Assembly: GCA_964252075.1 (NCBI GenBank)
Contig: CAXULY010000030.1
Span: forward strand, 1-64,000
From: an uncultured Deinococcaceae bacterium
Lineage (GTDB): Bacteria; Deinococcota; Deinococci; Deinococcales; Deinococcaceae
DNA length: 64,000 nt
Direction: 5' to 3'
Below, piece by piece: positions 44,492 through 53,905 of this stretch (its first letter is position 1; each line of letters starts with the position of its first letter). Under the pieces are notes generated by a model that was not told the DNA's origin, did no database searches, and saw only the letters and a list, made by a program, of their open reading frames with translations. The position numbers and the translations under genes were made by a program.

Positions 44492-45730
44492 ATGAGCGAA
44501 CTGAGCTTCGAGCAGAAACTCCAGAATTACGCCGACCTCACCGTGCGCGTGGGGGCCGGGCTGCGCGCCGGCCAGCGCCTGCTGGTGCAGTCCCCCGTGG
44601 AGACGGCGCCCCTCGCGCGCGCCATCGTGCGCGCCGCGTACGCTGCCGGGGCGAGCCAGGTGGACGTGCGCTGGGACGACGACGACGTGGTGCTCGCGCG
44701 CTACGAGCTGGCGCCCGCGGACAGCTTCGAGACCATCAGCCGCTGGCGCGTGGACGCCGAACTGGAAGTCGCGAACGCGGGCGGCACGGTCATCTCCATC
44801 CGCGCGACGGACCCGAACCTGCTCTCCAGGGTGGACCCCGCGCGCGTCGCGGCGCAGCAGCGCGCCCTCGCCAGCTACCGCAGCCCCTACATGCAGATGG
44901 TCCGCACGAACGCCCTGAATTGGAACCTCGTGAGCGCGCCCGTGCCCGCCTGGGCCGCCCGCATGTTCCCCGATGCCAGCCCCGAGGACGCCGTGCGGCA
45001 GCAGTGGGACGCGATCTTCATGGCGACCCGCGCGGACACTCCGGACCCCATCGCCGCGTGGACGGAGCACCTCGCGGCGCTCAGCGCCCGCAAGGACCGC
45101 CTGAACGCGCGGCAGTTCGCGGCGCTGCACTTCACGGGCGGCGGCACGGACCTCACCGTGGGCCTCTCCGACCATCACGTGTGGGCGGGCGGCAGCAGCC
45201 GCACCCCGAGCGGCATTGAGTTCGTCGCGAACGTCCCGACCGAGGAGGTCTTCACGGCGCCGCACCGCGAGCGCGTGGAGGGCGTGGTGGCGAGCACCAA
45301 GCCGCTCTCCTACAACGGCGTGCTGATTGACGGCATCCGCATCCGCTTCGAGGGTGGCCGCGTGGTGGAGGCCAGCGCGCAGAGCGGCGAGGCCGTCCTG
45401 AAGCAGCTCATCGACACCGACGAGGGCAGCCACCGGCTGGGCGAGGTGGCGCTCGTGCCGCACTCCAGCCCCATCTCGCGCTCCGGCCTGTTCTTCTTCA
45501 ACACGCTGTACGACGAGAACGCCGCGAGCCACATCGCGATCGGCGCGGCGTACCGCTTCAACATCCAGGGCGGGGAGGGCATGAGCAGCGAGGCGTTCGC
45601 CGCGCAGGGCGGCAACGAGAGCCTCACCCACGTCGACTGGATGATCGGCAGCGCGGACATCAACGTGGACGGCGTCACCACCACCGGCGAGCGCGAGCCC
45701 GTCATGCGCGCCGGCGAGTTCGTGATCTGA
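44492..45730 (+). CDS. Aminopeptidase, M29 family (AmpS/AmpT-like)
   Basis: ANVPTEEVFTAP, LGEVALVP, NTLYDENAASHIAIG, NESLTHVDWMIG; own TATCCT -10 box 6 nt before the ATG at 44492. Confidence 0.93.
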   Translation: MSELSFEQKLQNYADLTVRVGAGLRAGQRLLVQSPVETAPLARAIVRAAYAAGASQVDVRWDDDDVVLARYELAPADSFETISRWRVDAELEVANAGGTVISIRATDPNLLSRVDPARVAAQQRALASYRSPYMQMVRTNALNWNLVSAPVPAWAARMFPDASPEDAVRQQWDAIFMATRADTPDPIAAWTEHLAALSARKDRLNARQFAALHFTGGGTDLTVGLSDHHVWAGGSSRTPSGIEFVANVPTEEVFTAPHRERVEGVVASTKPLSYNGVLIDGIRIRFEGGRVVEASAQSGEAVLKQLIDTDEGSHRLGEVALVPHSSPISRSGLFFFNTLYDENAASHIAIGAAYRFNIQGGEGMSSEAFAAQGGNESLTHVDWMIGSADINVDGVTTTGEREPVMRAGEFVI

Positions 45731-45751
45731 CGCGCGTGGGCGGGGCGGCCC

Positions 45752-48547
45752 TCAGCCGCCCCGCCCGGACAGGTGATCGAGCAGCGAGCGGCCCCCGCTG
45801 ACCTGCGGGCCCTCCAGCAGCGACCCTTCCGCCGCCACGTCGCGCAGCACCCGCTCGAAGGCCGGCACCAACTCGGGGTCGAACTGCCGCCCCGCCTGCG
45901 CGCGCAACTCCGCGAGGGCGCCCTCCGCCGTCCAGGCGGGCTTGTAGGGCCGCGCGTGCGTCAGCGCGTCGTACGTGTCGATGATCGAGAAGGCGCGCGC
46001 CAGCAGCGGAATCTCCGCGCCCGCCAGGTTGCGCGGGTAGCCGCCGCCCTCCCAGCGCTCGTGGTGATGCAAGATGAGTTCCAGTGCCTCCGGCCGGATG
46101 CCCGGCACGCGCCGCGCGATCTCGAAACCCCACTGCGCGTGCATCTGCATGACGCGCCACTCCGCGCTGTCCAGCGCCCCGGGTTTCAGCAGGATGCGGT
46201 CCGGCACCTGCAACTTCCCGATGTCGTGCAGGTACGCGCCCTGCACGAGCGCCTCGCGCTGCAGGGCGCCCAGGTTCAGGCGCGCCGCGAACCGCTCCGC
46301 GAGCGTCACCACCCGCCGCGTGTGCCCCTGCGTCTCGAAGTCGCGCACCTCCAGCGCCAGCCCGAGCGCCTGGAAGGCCCCGTTGCGGCTGGTCTCCAGC
46401 TGCTGGAGGTGACGCGCGCGCTCCAGCGCCGTTACCGCCAGAGACGCGATGCCGCGCGCGAGTTGCTCGTCCTGCGGCTTGAAGGGCCGCTCCAGGTCGC
46501 GCGACACCAGCAGCACCCCCAGTTCCTCCAGGCGCTGCGTGCGCAGTGGCGCCGCCAGCAGCGCGTCGCGGCGCAGGCTGGGGTGGTAGCGCACGCGCGG
46601 GTCCTGACTCACGTCCGCGACGGTCTTCACCTCGCCGCTCTCGAGGGCCAGCCAGGAGAGCCCCACGCCGCGCGGCGCGGGCGGGTAATCGATGGCGGCG
46701 TTGAGGCCGGTGTGCGGCCCCGTGATGAGCGCGTCCGTGGCGCGGTCGTAGGTGAGGTACGCGACGGCATCGGTGTGCAGCAGCGCGCAGCACTCCTGCA
46801 CCAGCGCCAGCAGCACCTCCTGCTCCGTCACGGCGTCCCGCAGGGTGGTGGTGACGCGCGTGAGGGCCTCCAGTTCCCGCTGGCGGTCGAAGGCCTGGCG
46901 GCGCGCCTCGCTCGCCCGGATGACCGCCCCGATCTGCGCGCCGAACTCCCGCGCGACCTCCACGCCGGGGCCCTGGAAGGCGTGCGGGTTGCTGAAGTTG
47001 TCGAGGTTCAGGTGCGCCACCACCACGCCGTTCACGACCACGGGGACGCACAGCGTGGACTGAATCTCACCGGTGCGGCCCGCCGCCATGAACACCGCCG
47101 CCGGGATGTGGTCGGCGGCGTCCGCCTGCTGCGAGACGCGCGTGGCCTCGCTGCCGCGCAGCACGCGCGGGCGGCCCGCGAGGTAATCCTCGTAACTCGC
47201 GGCGTACCACAGGCGCTGCCCGAGTTCCGTCATGCGGGTGCCCAGCAGCGCCTCCGGGAAGCCCACCTGCGCGCGCATCACGAAGTCATGCCCCTCGCGC
47301 ACCGTGAGGGAGCCCGTCTCCGCGCCCGGCACGCTGTACACCGCCGCCTGCACCAGCCGCTCCCAGTCCTCGGCACTCAGGTCGTGGTTGTTCGTGACGA
47401 GCTCCAGGGTGGACAGCACCGCCTTCCAGCGCGAGTGCCACACCACCTCGCTGCGGCTCGCGCTCGTGAGGGAGGCGTTCGCCTGCTGGCTGGCGCGCAC
47501 GGGTGGCAGCGGCGTGTCCTGGGTCAGGCCGTACACCACCTGATCGCGCCCGTTCGACTTGGCGCGGTACAGCGCCTCGTCCGCCCGCTGGTACAGGCCG
47601 TGGCTGTCCTCCCCGGCCTTCAGGACCGCGACGCCCACCGAGCACGTCACGTGCAGGCGCGTGGTGGGGTGGTACGAGCGTGTGCGCACCGCGCGCCAGC
47701 ACAGTTCCGCCGCGACGCGCGCCTGATCCGGCGTGCTGCGGCGCAGCAGCAGCGCGAACTCCTCGCCGCCCAGGCGGTACACGCGGCCTGGCGCGTGCGT
47801 GAGTGCAAGCACCTCCGCGACGCGCATCAGCACCTCGTCCCCAACGTCATGCCCGAGCTTGTCGTTCACCTTCTTGAAGTGATCAATGTCCAGCAGCATC
47901 AGGTGGTCGCCCGCGCTGAGCAGCGCGAGGTCCTCGTTGAACTGCCGGCGGTTCCAGAGGCCCGTGAGGCTGTCGGTGCGCGCCTGCTTCTGGAAGCTGC
48001 GCGCCAGGCGCAGCAGGCGCGTGCGCGCCCCGTACACGCTCTGCACGCTCAGCGCGCCCACCACCTGCAGCGCGAACAGCGGCAGCAGGGCGGTGAGCGC
48101 CTGCGGCCGCGCGTCCGGCACGAGCAGCAGGGCCAGCGGGAGGGGCGCGAAGCTCAGCAGCGCCAGCAGCCAGCCGGGCCGCGTGCGCGCCCGCTGCCCG
48201 AGCAGCGCCGCGAGCGCGATCACCAGCACCGCCGCGAGCGCCTCGGGCAGCAGGCCCGCGCCGCCCAGCGTGAAGCGCAGCAGCGCGCCCGGCAGCGCCG
48301 CCAGCGCCGCCCAGCGCGCGCCGTAGGTGACGGCGATCAGGGCCAGCGGCACCAGCCGCAGGTCCAGCAGCACGCCCGGCCACGGCTGGGTGGCGACCAG
48401 CATCAGGAGGGTCACGCTGACCGCCGCGATCAGCACCTGCAGGAGCCGCGAGCGGCGCAGGTCCTGCGGTTCCTCGCTGTACATCAGGCTGCCCAGGCAG
48501 GACAGCGCGACCAGCACCGCGAGGTTCAGCAGCAGTTCAAGCCACAC
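45752..48547 (-). CDS. Membrane-anchored diguanylate cyclase / HD-GYP phosphodiesterase with two GAF-like domains
   Basis: 5TM-like N-terminus (LDLRLVP); DSLTGLWNRR, DIDHFKKVND.LGHDVGD, RLGGEEF; two GAF-like segments; ETQGHT.RV, LHDIGK, HHHERWEGGGYP. Confidence 0.92.
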   Translation of the reverse strand: MWLELLLNLAVLVALSCLGSLMYSEEPQDLRRSRLLQVLIAAVSVTLLMLVATQPWPGVLLDLRLVPLALIAVTYGARWAALAALPGALLRFTLGGAGLLPEALAAVLVIALAALLGQRARTRPGWLLALLSFAPLPLALLLVPDARPQALTALLPLFALQVVGALSVQSVYGARTRLLRLARSFQKQARTDSLTGLWNRRQFNEDLALLSAGDHLMLLDIDHFKKVNDKLGHDVGDEVLMRVAEVLALTHAPGRVYRLGGEEFALLLRRSTPDQARVAAELCWRAVRTRSYHPTTRLHVTCSVGVAVLKAGEDSHGLYQRADEALYRAKSNGRDQVVYGLTQDTPLPPVRASQQANASLTSASRSEVVWHSRWKAVLSTLELVTNNHDLSAEDWERLVQAAVYSVPGAETGSLTVREGHDFVMRAQVGFPEALLGTRMTELGQRLWYAASYEDYLAGRPRVLRGSEATRVSQQADAADHIPAAVFMAAGRTGEIQSTLCVPVVVNGVVVAHLNLDNFSNPHAFQGPGVEVAREFGAQIGAVIRASEARRQAFDRQRELEALTRVTTTLRDAVTEQEVLLALVQECCALLHTDAVAYLTYDRATDALITGPHTGLNAAIDYPPAPRGVGLSWLALESGEVKTVADVSQDPRVRYHPSLRRDALLAAPLRTQRLEELGVLLVSRDLERPFKPQDEQLARGIASLAVTALERARHLQQLETSRNGAFQALGLALEVRDFETQGHTRRVVTLAERFAARLNLGALQREALVQGAYLHDIGKLQVPDRILLKPGALDSAEWRVMQMHAQWGFEIARRVPGIRPEALELILHHHERWEGGGYPRNLAGAEIPLLARAFSIIDTYDALTHARPYKPAWTAEGALAELRAQAGRQFDPELVPAFERVLRDVAAEGSLLEGPQVSGGRSLLDHLSGRGG

Positions 48548-48752
48548 GGCGCACCCCGGACTGGACGTCCCCTCGGCCTGCAGCGCGGTGCACGCACCAT
48601 AGAGACGCTGGGGGGCCGGACCACCCGCTCATGTTCTCACAGGGACCCGCGCACCGCCAGCGCATTTGTGTGGTACGCCCCGCATGCAGTGCAGCAGGCC
48701 ATCCATGGCTCGGCGCGGGCGCAGGGAGGCCCGACCCCAATCGGCGCCCGGG

Positions 48753-50555
48753 TCAGTCCGCGGCGCCCGCTTCCTCGGCCTCCAGGCCCGCCCACAGGGC
48801 GCGCATCTCGGCGCTGCGCTCCAGCAGCTCCGTGAGGCGCCCGCTGTCCGTGAGGTGGCCCTCCTCCAGCAGCAGGATGCGGTCGGCGCGCGCGAGGGCC
48901 GCGCGGCGGTGCGACACCACCAGGCAGGTGGCCTCGCGCGAGGCCGCGAGGCCCGCCCACAGGCGCTGCTCCGTCTCGGCGTCCAGGGCGCTCGACACGT
49001 CATCGAAGACCAGCAGGTCCGCCTCGCGCGCCAGCATGCGCGCCACCGCCGCGCGCTGCACCTGCCCGCCCGACAGCTTCACGCCGCGCGCCCCGACGGG
49101 CGTATCCAGCCCGCCCGAGAGCTGCTGCAGGTCCGGGTCCATGACGGCCAGGTGCAGCGCGAGGTCCAGGCGCTCCGGCGCCTCGCCCAGCAGCACGTTC
49201 TCGCGCAGGCTCTCACTGAAGAGGCTGGGGAGCTGCGCGGTGTACGCGCTGCGCGGCGGCACGAAGAACGCCGCGGGGTCCGCGACGACCGCGCCGTTCC
49301 AGCGCACCTCGCCGCCCGTGGGGGGCAGCAGGCCCAGCAGGGCGCGCAGCAAGGTGCTCTTCCCGGACCCGATGCGGCCCGTCACCACCACGAACTCGCC
49401 GCGCCGCACGCCGAAACTCACGTCGTGCACGCCCCGCCCGCCCGCGTGCACGGCGCTCAGGTGCTCCACGCGCAGCTCACGCAGCGGCTCGCCCGGCGGG
49501 GGTGGGGGCGGCGCGGGCGGCTCGCCCATGAAGTGCAGGTTGTGGTGCACCACGATCTGCTCGGGCGGCGCGTCCTGCAACAGGCGCGTCATGCGCTCGA
49601 AGCTCACGCCGGTGCGGCGGTGCTGCGCGATCATGTTCCCGAAGAAGCTCATGCTGCCTGCGAGGCGCGGCAGCATCGCCGCGAACAGCAGCAGATCCCC
49701 CACGCTTAGGCTGCCCGCGCGCAGGCGCGCCGCCGCGAGCAGCAGCACCAGGCCCGTGCCGATGGTCACCATGTTGGTGTTCACGCTGCGGATCAGCTCG
49801 GTCAGGAGCACGTCCCGCAGGGCCGCCGCGCGGCGCGTCTCGCCGAGGTGCGCGAGGTGGTCCGTCATGCGCGGCTCCGCGCCCGAGAGCTTCACGCTGG
49901 ACACCGCCGCGAAGGTCTCGCCCACGAAGTCCGTGACGCGCGACGTGGCCTCCCGCATGCGGCGGCGGTACGTGCGGATGGTGGGGGACAGGCGGCGCAC
50001 CACCAGCACCATCAGCAGCATCGGGGTGCACACCACCACCGTGATGAGGGGATCGGCGCGCCACATCAGGGTCACGGCGATCAGGGTGTACAGCAGCAGC
50101 CCGCCGCCGTCCACGAAGGACTCCGTGTACGCCGCGACCTCGTCCACGTCGTCGCGGAAGCGCGAGACGGCCTCGGCGGGCGTGTCCGGCAGGCGCCGCG
50201 AGCCGGGCGCGGTCAGCAGGTGCGCCATCAGGTTGCGGCGCACCAGCGCGTCCAGCAGGTACCACAGGCGGATCCAGGTGCGGAAGGCCACCGCGAACAC
50301 CCCGAAACGCCCGAAGCGCGCCACGGCGAAACCCAGCACCATCAGCCACGCGAGGTGCGTGGCGTGCACCTCCAGCGCCCCGAACACGCGGCTCGCGTAG
50401 TACGAGAAGGCCGCGGGCAGGCTGTGAAACGCCCCCCACACGGCCACGTTCAGCCAGAACAGCCACGGGCGGTACATGAAGAGCCGCCGCATGAGCGCGA
50501 AGGTGGAGAAGGGCGGGCGCGCGGGCGCCTCTGGCGCGGGGACGGGCACCGTCAC
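48753..50555 (-). CDS. ABC exporter half-transporter (TMD+NBD) with non-canonical Walker B
   Basis: Walker A GRIGSGKS, signature LSGGQ, Walker B LLVFDD (Asp for the catalytic Glu), VSHR. Confidence 0.9.
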   Translation of the reverse strand: MTVPVPAPEAPARPPFSTFALMRRLFMYRPWLFWLNVAVWGAFHSLPAAFSYYASRVFGALEVHATHLAWLMVLGFAVARFGRFGVFAVAFRTWIRLWYLLDALVRRNLMAHLLTAPGSRRLPDTPAEAVSRFRDDVDEVAAYTESFVDGGGLLLYTLIAVTLMWRADPLITVVVCTPMLLMVLVVRRLSPTIRTYRRRMREATSRVTDFVGETFAAVSSVKLSGAEPRMTDHLAHLGETRRAAALRDVLLTELIRSVNTNMVTIGTGLVLLLAAARLRAGSLSVGDLLLFAAMLPRLAGSMSFFGNMIAQHRRTGVSFERMTRLLQDAPPEQIVVHHNLHFMGEPPAPPPPPPGEPLRELRVEHLSAVHAGGRGVHDVSFGVRRGEFVVVTGRIGSGKSTLLRALLGLLPPTGGEVRWNGAVVADPAAFFVPPRSAYTAQLPSLFSESLRENVLLGEAPERLDLALHLAVMDPDLQQLSGGLDTPVGARGVKLSGGQVQRAAVARMLAREADLLVFDDVSSALDAETEQRLWAGLAASREATCLVVSHRRAALARADRILLLEEGHLTDSGRLTELLERSAEMRALWAGLEAEEAGAAD

Positions 50556-52315
50556 GCCAGCACCCCTTCGGGGTCCTGCGCGTTCGGGCCGCCGTGCGCC
50601 TGCCCGGCGCGCAGCAGGGCGCTGTAATGTCCCTTGGGGTCCTCGCTGAGCCGCTCGCGCGGCCCGAACTCCAGCAGGCGGCCCTCACCCAGCACCAGGA
50701 TGTCGTCCGCGCGCGCCACGGTGTCCAGGCGGTGCGCGATCACCACCGCGGTGCGCCCCTCCAGCAGGCGGTTCATGGCGCGCGTGAGGCGCGCCTCCGT
50801 GGCGGGGTCCAGTCGGCTGGACGGCTCGTCCAGAATGATCAGGCCGGGGTCGCGCAGCAGCACGCGCGCGAAGGCCAGCAGCTGCGCCTCGCCCGCCGAC
50901 AGGCTGCCCGCCGGGAGGGCCGAGCGCACCCCGTCCGGCAGCGCCGCGAGCCAGCCGCCCAGCCCCACCTCGTGCAGCGCCGCCTCGACCTGCGCGTCCG
51001 GGACGCGGTCGTCGAAGAAGGTCAGGTTGTCCCGCACCGTCGCCTGGAAGAGCTGCACGTCCTGCGTCACGACCGCCACCCGCTCGCGCAGGCTCGGCAG
51101 GCTCACCTCGCGGGCGTCCACGCCGTCCAGCGTGACGCGCCCGCCGGTGGGGTCGTACAGCCGCGCGACCAGCCGCGTGAGCGTCGTCTTGCCGCTCCCC
51201 GTGCGCCCCAGCAGGCCCAGCACGCGCCCCGGCTCCAGCCGGAAACTCAGGTCGTGCAGCACCCCCGCGCCGTCGTACGCGAACTCCACCTGCTCGAACT
51301 CCAGCGCCGGCGCGCGGCGCGGCAGGGCGCGCGCCCCGCCCGTCAGCTCGGACCGCAGGGCCAGCAGCTCACCCACGCGCAGCAGGCTCGCGCCCGCCTT
51401 CTGCAACTCCTGCAACTGCTGCGTGAGCTGATCGATGGGGTCCTCGACCAGCGACATGTAGGCGTAGAACAGGTACGCGGTGCCGAGCGTGATGGTGCCC
51501 GCCACGTACAGCCCCACCGCCGCCGCGAGCACGCCCACGTACCCGACCGCGAAGAGCAGCATGCTGAGCTGCCACACCACGCTGCGGCGGTTCCAGGCGC
51601 GCTGCGCCTTGAAGAAAAACTCGCGTTGCACCCGCAGGAAGCTGTTCAGCACGTGCCCGCCCGCGCCCAGGGCGCGCACATCATCCAGGCCGGTGAGGCG
51701 CTCCTCGATGAAGCCGTACAGCGTCGCGCTCGCCTCGCGCTCCTGCCGCGTGGGCTCCACCCCGATGCGCCGCGTGAGCTGCATGACGGTCAGCGTGATG
51801 ACCGTGAACGCCGTGACGCCCAGCCCCACCAGGGTGTTCTCCCGCCAGAACATCACGAGCGCGCCCAGCAGCAGCAGCGCCGCGCCGAACACCCGCACGC
51901 TGAACTGCGAGAAGAAGTTCGAGAGGGCCGTCACGTCCCCGTCGATGCGCTCGATCATCTCGCCGGGCGTGCGCTCCTTGTGGTACCCCATGTCGAGGGA
52001 CAGCAGGTGCCGCATGAGGTCCGCACGCAGGCGGTTCGTGGCCTTCCACCCAAGGTTCGCGCCGACGTACGTCGCGCCGCCCGCGAGGAGCTGCACGGCC
52101 ACCGCGACGCCCAGGTACACCAGCGCGAAGCGGTACAGCGTGGCGAGCGCGCCCTGGTGCTGCGCGGCGTCCAGGAAACCCGCGAGGACCTGCGGGGTGT
52201 AGAGTTGCAGCGCGATGGAGGACAGCAGCAGCGCCGCCAGCAGCAGCACCTGCGGCCACAGGGGCCCCAGGTAACGCGCCAGGACGAGCACAGCGGAAGA
52301 CGGTGGGCGCGGCAT
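50552..52315 (-). CDS. ABC exporter half-transporter (TMD+NBD) with non-canonical signature
   Basis: Walker A GRTGSGKT, signature LSAGE, Walker B IILDE, IAHRL; 4-bp overlap with its partner. Confidence 0.9.
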   Translation of the reverse strand: MPRPPSSAVLVLARYLGPLWPQVLLLAALLLSSIALQLYTPQVLAGFLDAAQHQGALATLYRFALVYLGVAVAVQLLAGGATYVGANLGWKATNRLRADLMRHLLSLDMGYHKERTPGEMIERIDGDVTALSNFFSQFSVRVFGAALLLLGALVMFWRENTLVGLGVTAFTVITLTVMQLTRRIGVEPTRQEREASATLYGFIEERLTGLDDVRALGAGGHVLNSFLRVQREFFFKAQRAWNRRSVVWQLSMLLFAVGYVGVLAAAVGLYVAGTITLGTAYLFYAYMSLVEDPIDQLTQQLQELQKAGASLLRVGELLALRSELTGGARALPRRAPALEFEQVEFAYDGAGVLHDLSFRLEPGRVLGLLGRTGSGKTTLTRLVARLYDPTGGRVTLDGVDAREVSLPSLRERVAVVTQDVQLFQATVRDNLTFFDDRVPDAQVEAALHEVGLGGWLAALPDGVRSALPAGSLSAGEAQLLAFARVLLRDPGLIILDEPSSRLDPATEARLTRAMNRLLEGRTAVVIAHRLDTVARADDILVLGEGRLLEFGPRERLSEDPKGHYSALLRAGQAHGGPNAQDPEGVLA

Positions 52316-52394
52316 GAGACCCCCAGGCTAGTGCGCGGCGGGCGCGCCGTGCATCGGCAATGTGGCGGGTTCCACACGTGGTTACACTGCGGGC

Positions 52395-53195
52395 ATGACC
52401 GCCCCCGAGCCCCTCATGCTCCTGCGCGCGCTGAACGTGACGGCCCTGCGCCCGCCCACACCCGTCACGGGCGGCGCGGACAGCCTCATCTGGCGGGTGG
52501 AGACCTCACAGGGTGCGCGCGCCCTGCGCGTCCTGCGGCCCGAGCAGGCGCCCGTCGCCGCGCGCGAGGCGCGCGTCATGAACTGGCTGGCCGACCAGGG
52601 GCTCCCCGTGCCGCGCGCTCGCGCGTACGCCGAGCCCGACGGCCGCCCCGCGCTGCTGCTGGACTGGGTGGAGGGCGAACCGCTGGCCGCCGCCCTCTTC
52701 GCCCGCCCGCAGGAGGCCGCTGCCCTCGGTGCGGCCTTCGCGCAGGTGCAGGCGCGCCTGCACGCGCTGGAGGTGCCGCCCGACCTGCTCGGCCGTCTGC
52801 CGCCCGTTACCGTGCCGGGCGCCCCGCCTCCCATGCGGCCCGCGCTCCTGCACCTCGATTACCACCCGCTGAACGTCCTGGTGCAGGGCGGGGCGGTGGC
52901 GGGCGTGATCGACTGGTCGAACGTGGGGGTCGGGGACGCGCGGGCGGACGCGGCGCGCAGCCTCAGCATCCTCAGCGCGGACCCCACCGTGTGGCGCTTC
53001 ACGGGCGCGCAGCGCGCCGCCCTGCTGGCCTTCCGGCGCGCCTACCGCGCGGCCCTGCCCGGCCGCGCCCCGGACGCCGCGCACCTCACCTGGGCGGGCG
53101 AGGCCATGCACGCGGACCTGTCCCGCCGGCACAGCGCACAGGAGCTGCGCCACGTTGCGCGCTGGACCGCCTGGTGGCGCGCCCGCCGTACCTGA
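52395..53195 (+). CDS. Aminoglycoside phosphotransferase/kinase-like protein
   Basis: LLHLDYHPLNVL, VIDW, GDARAD; TACACT -10 box 6 nt upstream. Confidence 0.85.
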   Translation: MTAPEPLMLLRALNVTALRPPTPVTGGADSLIWRVETSQGARALRVLRPEQAPVAAREARVMNWLADQGLPVPRARAYAEPDGRPALLLDWVEGEPLAAALFARPQEAAALGAAFAQVQARLHALEVPPDLLGRLPPVTVPGAPPPMRPALLHLDYHPLNVLVQGGAVAGVIDWSNVGVGDARADAARSLSILSADPTVWRFTGAQRAALLAFRRAYRAALPGRAPDAAHLTWAGEAMHADLSRRHSAQELRHVARWTAWWRARRT

Positions 53196-53220
53196 AAAAC
53201 CCCGCCCGTGCGGGCGGGGT
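53195..53220 (-). terminator. Intrinsic terminator for the riboswitch-controlled operon
   Basis: ACCCCGCCCG/CGGGCGGGGT inverted repeat (53199-53220) followed by a T-run on the - strand. Confidence 0.75.
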
Positions 53221-53241
53221 CGGGCGGAGCGCCAGGGCGCC

Positions 53242-53832
53242 TCACCAGTTCACGCTCACGTTGATGCCGCTCGTCACGGTGCCCTTCCCGGGGTCCACGC
53301 CGAGGTTCACGTTCACGCTCCAGGCCGGATCGAGCGGCGACTGCGTCACGCCACTCACCGAGTACGACAGCCCCAGGCGGTTGTAGGACGGCGAGTAACT
53401 CAGGGACGCGCCCTGCTGCACCAGCTTGGGCGGCGCGACCACGTACGGCACGCGCGCGATGACCTGCCCCTCGCGGTTCACGACGCTCAGGGTGCCGCTG
53501 TGCGCGGCGAGCGCCACGAGGTTGATGGTCTGCTCGGCGTTCGCGCTGAGCTGAATTGGGGCGTCCGGGTCGCCGCGCTGCACCAGCCGGGCGTCACCGC
53601 TGCGCACGAACACCTCGGTGTTCACGGCGCTCAGGAGGGTGAAACTCAGGGTGGCGGTGATGCGCCCCGCGGAGATGGCGGTCTCCACCTGCGCGGGCTG
53701 CACGAGCACCTGGCGGGCCGTCTCGAAGTGCACGGGCGGGGCGGCCTGAATGCCGATGCTGACGCCCGGCGCGCTGAACTGCGCGTGCGCGAGGCCGGAT
53801 AGAAGGAGCACAAGGAGGGGAAGTCGTCGCAT
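53242..53832 (-). CDS. Secreted beta-rich protein with four C-terminal amphipathic strands ending in Trp (candidate outer-membrane anchor/pore)
   Basis: Signal peptide MRRLPLLVLLLSGLAHA; Ig-like middle; C-terminal ASLSYS / LGLSYSVS / WSVNVNLG / SGINVSVNW. Confidence 0.75.
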   Translation of the reverse strand: MRRLPLLVLLLSGLAHAQFSAPGVSIGIQAAPPVHFETARQVLVQPAQVETAISAGRITATLSFTLLSAVNTEVFVRSGDARLVQRGDPDAPIQLSANAEQTINLVALAAHSGTLSVVNREGQVIARVPYVVAPPKLVQQGASLSYSPSYNRLGLSYSVSGVTQSPLDPAWSVNVNLGVDPGKGTVTSGINVSVNW

Positions 53833-53846
53833 GGTGATCAACCGCA

Positions 53847-53875
53847 CCAGCGGGACGGCTTGACCGTCCCGCTGG
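53847..53875 (-). terminator. Intercistronic hairpin without U-tract (attenuator/stabiliser)
   Basis: CCAGCGGGACGG-cttga-CCGTCCCGCTGG between the two operon genes. Confidence 0.65.
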
Positions 53876-53905
53876 CGTTCCCGTGATGGGCTGAACGCTG
53901 GGGCT

